From NCBI RefSeq assembly GCF_043950625.1, contig NZ_CP171007.1: a DNA stretch of 32,000 bases. One strand, written 5' to 3'. The DNA comes from Alkanindiges sp. WGS2144 (GTDB taxonomy: Bacteria > Pseudomonadota > Gammaproteobacteria > Pseudomonadales > Moraxellaceae). Positions within the stretch are counted from its first letter, which is position 1. Each line of letters begins with the position of its first letter. The translations under genes and the position numbers were made by a program. Shown in pieces: positions 26,661-32,000 of this stretch. Under the pieces are notes generated by a model. The model did not search any database and was not told where the DNA came from. It was given only the letters and a program-made list of their open reading frames with translations.

Positions 26661-26885
26661 TCTTGACCCCAAATCATTTAAGCTATTGTGCCTGTTATAA
26701 TGCCGCTGTTTTTATGCCCGGCATTACGGTGCCAGAATTGTATCAAAATGCAACAACAAAAAGAGGCGCAGTTTTTTATTTCTTCGTTTAAGCTTGGGCA
26801 GCAACATCAGCAATTATAAATATAGTATAACCTGCCTCAGCCATAAAAACGGCACACCGCCTTCACCAGGGAGTATCGATTTATC

Positions 26886-27128
26886 ATGATTGAACAATTA
26901 TTACAGGCAATAATGCAGCAGCTTCAAGAGCCAAAGGCTGACCTGGAGAAAAACCTGCGTGCGCTGCTGTCCGAAATGATTAGCAAAATGGATCTGGTCA
27001 GTCAGGAAGAATTTTTACGCCAGCAACAGGTTTTACTCAATGCACAACAGGACATTCAGGTGCTGTTAAAACAAGTTGCAGCGCTTGAACAGCAGATTGC
27101 CCAGCTGGAAACACCTGCTGCTCCCTGA
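26886..27128 (+). CDS. ubiK: Ubiquinone biosynthesis accessory factor UbiK (YqiC/BMFP family)
   Basis: 80 aa coiled coil. MDLVSQEEFLRQQQVLLNAQQDI parallels E. coli UbiK [23 protein letters not shown]. Confidence 0.8.
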   Translation: MIEQLLQAIMQQLQEPKADLEKNLRALLSEMISKMDLVSQEEFLRQQQVLLNAQQDIQVLLKQVAALEQQIAQLETPAAP

Positions 27129-27168
27129 GCACTCATCAAAACTTTTAAAATAACAATAAGGACAGACT

Positions 27169-28644
27169 ATGTCATTTGCTGTAGTAACCTCACGGGCTGC
27201 GCTTGGTTTGCAGGCACCTGAAGTTCAGGTTGAGGTTCATTTAAGTCAGGGACTACCCGCCCTCACTATTGTTGGTTTGCCCGAGGCAGCCGTCAGAGAA
27301 AGTAAAGACCGGGTACGCTCAGCCATTATCAATAGTGGTTTTGAGTTTCCCAACCGGCGCTTAACCATTAATCTGGCACCTGCTGACTTGCCCAAAGAGG
27401 GGGCTCGTCTCGACTTGCCTATTGCTTTGGGTATTTTGGCGGCCAGCGGACAATTACGGCCAGATGACCTGCAAGACAAGGAGTTTGTTGGCGAGTTGGC
27501 GCTAAATGGTGACTTGAGGCCAATCCTGGGTGTGCTGGCAGTCGCGCGAGCCAGCCATTTGGCTAAACGGCCATTGCTGGTGCCTCAGGCCAATGGTCAT
27601 GAGGCTGCTAAAATCCCCAATGCCCAGATATATGCTGCTGGCACCCTAAAGCAGATTTGTGCCCATCTGCAACACACAGAACGCCTGCCACAGGTGAGCT
27701 ACCAACCGGAATCCCTGCAAGCCAACCTGCCGGACATGGCGGATGTCAAAGGGCAACATCGTGCCCGTCGTGCGCTGGAGATTGCTGCGGCCGGTAGTCA
27801 CTCGCTATTGTTTTCCGGTTCACCGGGTACTGGCAAAACCCTGCTGGCCTCACGCCTGCCCGGTATTTTGCCACCATTGACTGATGAGGAAAATCTGGAA
27901 GTCGCTAGTGTTTATTCCATTGCCAATCAGCCAATTCAATTTGGCGAGCGGCCTTTTCGCGCCCCGCATCATACTGCATCTGCCGTGGCATTGGTGGGCG
28001 GTGGCTCACAACCCCGGCCCGGCGAGATTAGTCTGGCACACCACGGCGTATTATTTCTGGACGAGTTACCCGAATTTGACCGTAAGGTACTAGAGGTATT
28101 GCGCCAGCCGCTGGAATCGCGTCAAGTGGTCATTTCACGTGCGGCCCGGCAGCTTAGCTTTCCCGCCAACTTCCAGTTAATTGCTGCCATGAATCCCTGT
28201 CCCTGTGGCTATGCTACCGATCCAGCCCATCGCTGTAAATGCACACCGGATATGGTAAGTCGCTACCGTGGGCGCCTGTCAGGCCCTTTAATGGATCGTA
28301 TTGACCTGCATATTGAAGTACCTGCCCTGCCAGTGGCTGATCTGCAAGCCAAAGCCTGTGGAGAAAGCTCTGCCACGATTCGCGAGCGGGTCATTGCAGC
28401 ACGGCAGCGACAGATTAAACGGCAAGGCCTAGCCAATGCTGACTTGGCACCGCAGCAACTGGAGCAATTTGCCAGCCTGGGAGGCGCTGAACAGCAGATT
28501 ATTGCCATGGCTCAGCAGCGCTTAAACCTGTCAGCCCGTGCTTATCACCGGGTATTACGGGTTGCCCGTACCATTGCTGATCTGGCTGGTGCGGAACAGA
28601 TCGGCAGTAGTCATCTAACCGAAGCACTTAGCTATCGTGGCTAA
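27169..28644 (+). CDS. comM: YifB/ComM family Mg-chelatase-like AAA+ ATPase
   Basis: 491 aa. It has an N-terminal Lon-protease-like domain, Walker A GSPGTGKT, Walker B GVLFLDELPEF, and the C-terminal SARAYHRVLRVARTIADL. Confidence 0.93.
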   Translation: MSFAVVTSRAALGLQAPEVQVEVHLSQGLPALTIVGLPEAAVRESKDRVRSAIINSGFEFPNRRLTINLAPADLPKEGARLDLPIALGILAASGQLRPDDLQDKEFVGELALNGDLRPILGVLAVARASHLAKRPLLVPQANGHEAAKIPNAQIYAAGTLKQICAHLQHTERLPQVSYQPESLQANLPDMADVKGQHRARRALEIAAAGSHSLLFSGSPGTGKTLLASRLPGILPPLTDEENLEVASVYSIANQPIQFGERPFRAPHHTASAVALVGGGSQPRPGEISLAHHGVLFLDELPEFDRKVLEVLRQPLESRQVVISRAARQLSFPANFQLIAAMNPCPCGYATDPAHRCKCTPDMVSRYRGRLSGPLMDRIDLHIEVPALPVADLQAKACGESSATIRERVIAARQRQIKRQGLANADLAPQQLEQFASLGGAEQQIIAMAQQRLNLSARAYHRVLRVARTIADLAGAEQIGSSHLTEALSYRG

Positions 28645-28661
28645 CATAAAATAATTAACGT

Positions 28662-28697
28662 AAAAAGGCCCTGCCAACCCTTGGCAAGGCCTTTTTT
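28662..28697. terminator. Bidirectional intrinsic terminator between comM (+) and porin paralogue 2 (-)
   Basis: AAAAA-GGCCCTGCCAA-CCC-TTGGCAAGGCC-TTTTTT. The stem has one bulge. It is flanked by an A-run (28662-28666) and a T-run (28692-28697). Confidence 0.85.
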
Positions 28698-28711
28698 AAA
28701 GTTCTACAGTA

Positions 28712-29458
28712 TTAAAAGAATTTACTTAAGCTAAAGACCACGCCATTGTCATAATCTTTTGCCCCACCATTAATTGTCGTGCCAATCCAGGACAGTTCTG
28801 CAGTCAGGCCCTGTATACCAAAGGTTGTGCCCAGCTTGTAGTCAACATAAGTGTCTTCTTCGCCGTCACCACCAGACGCCGTTGCCATAACTGCTTCATG
28901 CTTGAACTTGTTGTAGCCTACGCTGGCGACCACACCAAAGCCCGTATCAGCTAGGGGTACCGCATAACTGGCACTGAGATACCAAAAGTGATCCGTTTGT
29001 GCAAAATAATCCGGTGAATAATTGACAGCACCTGTCAGACTATCATCCTTCATCAATAAGCCGGAATAACTCAGCTTGCCAAAAAATTCATTAAAATCAG
29101 GTTGTGGCGATCCACTGCCTTCATAGCCATAACGAATATAGCCGACATCCAGCGTCGTGGCATCATTTAGCGCAGTGGCAAAACCCAAGGTGGCATCACC
29201 TTCAATACTACCTGCAAAACTTACATTAGAACCCCACAAGCTTAAATACACGCCTGAATCATGCTTAAAGTTAATACCACCCTGAATAGCCGGGTTATTG
29301 CTGGTTTGTGAAACACCGCGAAAACGGTAATCAGTGGCCAAGGTGACATTGCCTGTTGTGGTAATCCCCGGAATATTGATGACATCAGCTGCAAATGCAC
29401 CATCCATTGCGCCTAATAAAGCCATTGCAGCAACTACAGTTTTTAAAGTAAGTTTCAT
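28712..29458 (-). CDS. Outer-membrane beta-barrel protein, TorF/TIGR02001 (Gcw_chp)-like putative porin (paralogue 2)
   Basis: 248 aa. The signal peptide is MKLTLKTVVAAMALLGAMDGAFA|AD. It shares TDYRFRGVSQTSNNPAIQGGINF, FWYLSASYAVPLADTGFG and YKLGTTFGIQGLTAEL with the 25875..26660 protein, and ends in Phe. Confidence 0.85.
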   Translation of the reverse strand: MKLTLKTVVAAMALLGAMDGAFAADVINIPGITTTGNVTLATDYRFRGVSQTSNNPAIQGGINFKHDSGVYLSLWGSNVSFAGSIEGDATLGFATALNDATTLDVGYIRYGYEGSGSPQPDFNEFFGKLSYSGLLMKDDSLTGAVNYSPDYFAQTDHFWYLSASYAVPLADTGFGVVASVGYNKFKHEAVMATASGGDGEEDTYVDYKLGTTFGIQGLTAELSWIGTTINGGAKDYDNGVVFSLSKFF

Positions 29459-29554
29459 TTGGATGTGACCCTAAAAAATAATATTAATTTCCAGACTGAC
29501 AACTCTGTCATCTCTACCTAATACAATAGGCATGCCAATTTTCTTAAATAACTG

Positions 29555-29573
29555 TAAATTATAAAATAATTTA
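29555..29573. promoter_or_regulatory. Perfect AT-rich palindrome (candidate operator) about 100 bp upstream of porin paralogue 2
   Basis: TAAATTAT-AAA-ATAATTTA consists of 8-bp arms with a 3-bp spacer. It lies in the AT-rich promoter region of the 28712..29458 gene. Confidence 0.35.
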
Positions 29574-29626
29574 TATTTTTCTAAAAAAGCCAGTGTAGCT
29601 ATTCGTCTTGCTTTGGTGCATAGTCC

Positions 29627-29668
29627 AGCTTGCCTGTAGGGAATGCGCTGTCACAGGGCAAGCTTTTT
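29627..29668 (+). terminator. Strong plus-strand-oriented intrinsic-terminator-like hairpin with no annotated plus-strand gene upstream
   Basis: AGCTTGCCTGT (29627-29637) pairs with ACAGGGCAAGCT (29653-29664) over 11 bp with one bulged G. It is followed by TTTT on the plus strand only; on the minus strand the hairpin is followed by GGACTATG. Confidence 0.5.
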
Positions 29669-29681
29669 AAAAAACGGCACC

Positions 29682-29712
29682 ATAAAAAATCCGCCAGCAA
29701 TGTGACGGATTT
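29682..29712 (-). terminator. Rho-independent terminator of ppa
   Basis: The minus strand reads AAATCCG-12 nt-CGGATTT followed by TTTATGG. It lies 22 nt after the ppa stop. Confidence 0.75.
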
Positions 29713-29733
29713 GATACATCGTGATATGGCTGA

Positions 29734-30270
29734 TTATTTGGCAGCCTCAATGGATTTTAAAATTTCCTGTTTGGCCACTTCACTGCCTTCCCAGCCACTG
29801 ATTTTGACCCATTTGCCTGGCTCAAGTTCTTTATAGCGGGTAAAGAAATGTTCAATTTGCTTGATGAGCAATTCTGGCAGATCGGTATATTCCTGCACGT
29901 TTTTATACAGCGGGGTCAGCTTGTCATGTGGTACTGCAATCAGCTTGGCATCAATACCGCTTTCATCTTCCATACTGAGCTTGCCTACCGGACGGCAGCG
30001 AATTACAGAACCCGCAACAACTGGATATGGCGTAACGACCAAAACATCCAGTGGGTCACCATCTTCAGACAAGGTGTTTGGAATATAGCCATAATTTGCC
30101 GGATAAAACATGGGTGTCCCCATGAAACGGTCTACAAACAAAGCATCAGACTCTTTGTCCACTTCATACTTGATTGGGTCATTGTTTGCAGGAATTTCAA
30201 TGATTACATAAATATCATTGGGTGCATCTTTGCCGGGTGGAATGTTGTTGTAGCTCATAGGATCACTCAT
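29734..30270 (-). CDS. ppa: Inorganic pyrophosphatase (family I)
   Basis: [60 protein letters not shown] is nearly collinear with E. coli Ppa. The start may instead be the ATG at 30258 ([10 protein letters not shown], compare E. coli MSLLNVPAGK). Confidence 0.95.
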   Translation of the reverse strand: MSDPMSYNNIPPGKDAPNDIYVIIEIPANNDPIKYEVDKESDALFVDRFMGTPMFYPANYGYIPNTLSEDGDPLDVLVVTPYPVVAGSVIRCRPVGKLSMEDESGIDAKLIAVPHDKLTPLYKNVQEYTDLPELLIKQIEHFFTRYKELEPGKWVKISGWEGSEVAKQEILKSIEAAK

Positions 30271-30378
30271 TCAAAATATCTAAAAACAGGGGATGTGAAA
30301 ATAGGGTGTTCAAAAAGTGTGGCGTATTATAACTGCACTTGCGCCGCGAGGCGATTTATTGCAGGGATTAAATGACTG

Positions 30379-30774
30379 TTATATTCGGGCTGCCAGTAAC
30401 AATAGCAATACCGGACACACCATGGACAGCAGCCATAACATACTACGCAAGGTTGCCAGATTGGCCAGATAAGCCAAACCATACAATAGTCTTAGTATCA
30501 GATACGCCACACCTAAATTAAAGGTTAAAAAAGCCGGGGTAACCAGATACTCTGCGATCAGTACACTGGTTAAAAATAACGGCAGGCTTTCAAAACTGTT
30601 TTGCTGTACCGCATGGGCACGAGCGGCAAGGCCTGTGGTTTGTGCCAGAAACTCACGCGGGTTTTGATTATCTCTGGGCTTGAAACCACCCGCCAGCTTG
30701 GCAATCATGGTAAATACATAGGGCAGCAAGCAGGCTGTCAAAATAATATAAATGACTAAATGAAAGGAACTCAT
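30379..30774 (-). CDS. MAPEG-family membrane protein
   Basis: From ORF 30379..30816, trimmed to the ATG at 30774 (MSSFHLVIYIIL...). It has four predicted TM segments and the motif RAHAVQQNSFESLPLF (the RAHxN..E..P.F pattern of bacterial MAPEG proteins). Confidence 0.7.
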   Translation of the reverse strand: MSSFHLVIYIILTACLLPYVFTMIAKLAGGFKPRDNQNPREFLAQTTGLAARAHAVQQNSFESLPLFLTSVLIAEYLVTPAFLTFNLGVAYLILRLLYGLAYLANLATLRSMLWLLSMVCPVLLLLLAARI

Positions 30775-30892
30775 TGGCTTTTTGAATTTTGAAAAAACAG
30801 CACAACCATAGCACAAGAATTTCTATAATGATGTGATTTTTTATCCACTCTGGTATTTTTGGTCTTTCATCTGAAATGGCAGGACATTTGGC

Positions 30893-31300
30893 GTGACTGA
30901 TTTATCTCCTTCTCAGGCTCCTGAACCCTCGTTACAACAGGCGTTATTGCAAAGTCGTGCACAACAAAAACGCCTTAATAAAATTACTGTGATTACGGCG
31001 GTAATTATGGCGCTGCTGTTAAGCATGATCACTGCCAACCAGAATCTGTATTCTATTGTGGCAACGTTTGTGGTGGCCAGTGGCTGCTTTATTGCCGGCA
31101 GCGTTTATGGGCGCTCGCTGATGTTGCTCATCCCATTGATTATGATTTATTGTGTGCTGGATAATTATTTAAGCCATGATCTAATTTTTCATCACAAACG
31201 CTTTTTATTGCAGTTTGCTACGCTAATGATTTTCACTGCTATTTTTCATTTATCACGGCCTTATTTGCTCAACCTGCTGCGCAGCTTGCTGTCTAAATAA
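30893..31300 (+). CDS. Small integral membrane protein, unknown function
   Basis: 135 aa. It starts at a GTG with AGGA 8 nt upstream, has 3-4 hydrophobic segments, and is divergent from the MAPEG gene. Confidence 0.55.
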   Translation: MTDLSPSQAPEPSLQQALLQSRAQQKRLNKITVITAVIMALLLSMITANQNLYSIVATFVVASGCFIAGSVYGRSLMLLIPLIMIYCVLDNYLSHDLIFHHKRFLLQFATLMIFTAIFHLSRPYLLNLLRSLLSK

Positions 31301-31312
31301 TTCATCATTGAA

Positions 31313-31348
31313 TAAAAAACAGCCCATGTAAAGATGGGCTATTTTCTT
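31313..31348. terminator. Bidirectional intrinsic terminator between the membrane protein gene (+) and fadD (-)
   Basis: AAAAAAC-AGCCCAT-GTAAAG-ATGGGCT-ATTTTCTT. Confidence 0.8.
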
Positions 31349-31368
31349 AGGCTTCATTCAGTCAGGGA

Positions 31369-32000
31369 TTATTTACGCAGATCCTTACGCAGAATTTTAC
31401 CCACGTTGGATTTTGGCAGTTCATCCATAAATTCAACGTATTTAGGACGCTTATAACCGGTCAGATTGTCTCTGGCATATGCCAGTACTTCTTCTTCGGT
31501 AAGGCTCGGGTCTTTCTTCACCACAAATAGCTTGGGCACTTCGCCACTCTTAGGATCAGCCACGCCAATGGCTGCTGCTTCCAGTACCTTTGGATGCTGG
31601 GTAACTACTTCCTCAATTTCGCTAGGATACACATTAAACCCGGACACTAAAATCATGTCTTTTTTGCGATCTACGATCTTGATGTAGCCGTTTTCATCCA
31701 TGACACCAATGTCACCGGTACGGAAAAAACCATCGCTAGTCATCACCTTGGCGGTTTCATCCGGGCGCTGCCAGTAACCACGCATTACCTGCGGGCCACG
31801 AATGGAAATTTCACCCTGCTCGCCAATGGCCAAATGGTTGCCGTCGTCATCCAGAATCGCCACATCAGTAGAAGACAACGGAATACCAATAGAACCACTG
31901 TAATCGGTATTGGTTGGCGGGTTAAAGGTTGCCACTGGTGAGGTCTCAGACAAGCCATAGCCTTCAATAATAGGTTTACCGGTAATACGCTTCCATGCTT
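31369..32000 (-). CDS. fadD: Long-chain-fatty-acid--CoA ligase (acyl-CoA synthetase), C-terminal part; the gene continues beyond the window
   Basis: The frame stays open to nt 32000: the reverse complement reads [22 protein letters not shown]..., the AMP-binding-enzyme EGYGLTE motif. The M at 31953 in the ORF track is an internal TTG (Leu). The C-terminus reads [27 protein letters not shown]. Confidence 0.88.
   Translation of the reverse strand, partial: AWKRITGKPIIEGYGLSETSPVATFNPPTNTDYSGSIGIPLSSTDVAILDDDGNHLAIGEQGEISIRGPQVMRGYWQRPDETAKVMTSDGFFRTGDIGVMDENGYIKIVDRKKDMILVSGFNVYPSEIEEVVTQHPKVLEAAAIGVADPKSGEVPKLFVVKKDPSLTEEEVLAYARDNLTGYKRPKYVEFMDELPKSNVGKILRKDLRK

Noticed and set aside
26720-26734. 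A sigma54-like element, TGGCACCGTAATGCC, on the minus strand about 60-75 nt upstream of porin paralogue 1. It would fit nitrogen control of the porin-glnK pair.
   Set aside because: The spacing is one nucleotide short: at the canonical GG-N10-GC register the -12 element reads CC rather than GC. I also found no NtrC-type TGCACC...GGTGCA sites upstream. It is worth a PWM scan but is not supportable by eye.
30841-30849. A DnaA-box-like 9-mer, TTATCCACT, in the MAPEG/membrane-protein divergent promoter region.
   Set aside because: It is a single copy with one mismatch to TTATCCACA. There is no cluster of boxes and no AT-rich unwinding element, which is consistent with chance.

Overview
This is a chromosomal window of about 30 tightly packed genes from a gammaproteobacterium. 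Gene order and protein similarity look Pseudomonadales/Moraxellaceae-like, but that is inference only. I found no tRNA or rRNA genes, IS elements, CRISPR arrays, phage genes or recognisable defence islands.

Gene content from left to right:
- M23 peptidase (-) and a divergent DUF721/DciA-like gene (+).
- The distal half of a dcw cell-division cluster on the minus strand: murG-murC-ddl-ftsQ-ftsA-ftsZ-lpxC.
- gshB, translationally coupled to a PhyH-like dioxygenase, immediately upstream of murG.
- pyrE (-) and xthA (+).
- A 317-bp non-coding gap.
- An ArsC-family yffB-like gene (+) and an alpha/beta hydrolase (-).
- lptG and lptF (-), then pepA-holC (+).
- A Gln/Glu-rich coiled-coil protein (+).
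- nrdR-ribD-[DNA adenine methyltransferase]-[small secreted Cys protein]-ribE (-).
- A DUF488 gene (+).
- A TorF/TIGR02001-like porin followed by P-II glnK (-).
- ubiK-comM (+), then a second paralogous porin (-).
- ppa (-), a MAPEG protein (-), a small membrane protein (+), and the 3' part of fadD (-).

The best non-obvious signal is in the xthA/yffB gap. A perfect GacA/UvrY box (TGTAAG-N6-CTTACA) sits upstream of a roughly 155-nt, GGA-rich, hairpin-studded segment that ends in an intrinsic terminator. That is the signature of a Csr/Rsm-family (RsmY/RsmZ/CsrB-like) protein-sponge sRNA.

Secondary items:
- An orphan alpha-class N6-adenine methyltransferase and a small secreted protein inserted inside the riboflavin operon.
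- The gshB-coupled dioxygenase.
- The porin paralogue pair, one of which appears to form an operon with P-II although no amtB is present.
- An orphan plus-strand terminator and an AT-rich palindrome upstream of the second porin.

All functional calls come from reading the translated ORFs and the sequence by eye. No database search was run.
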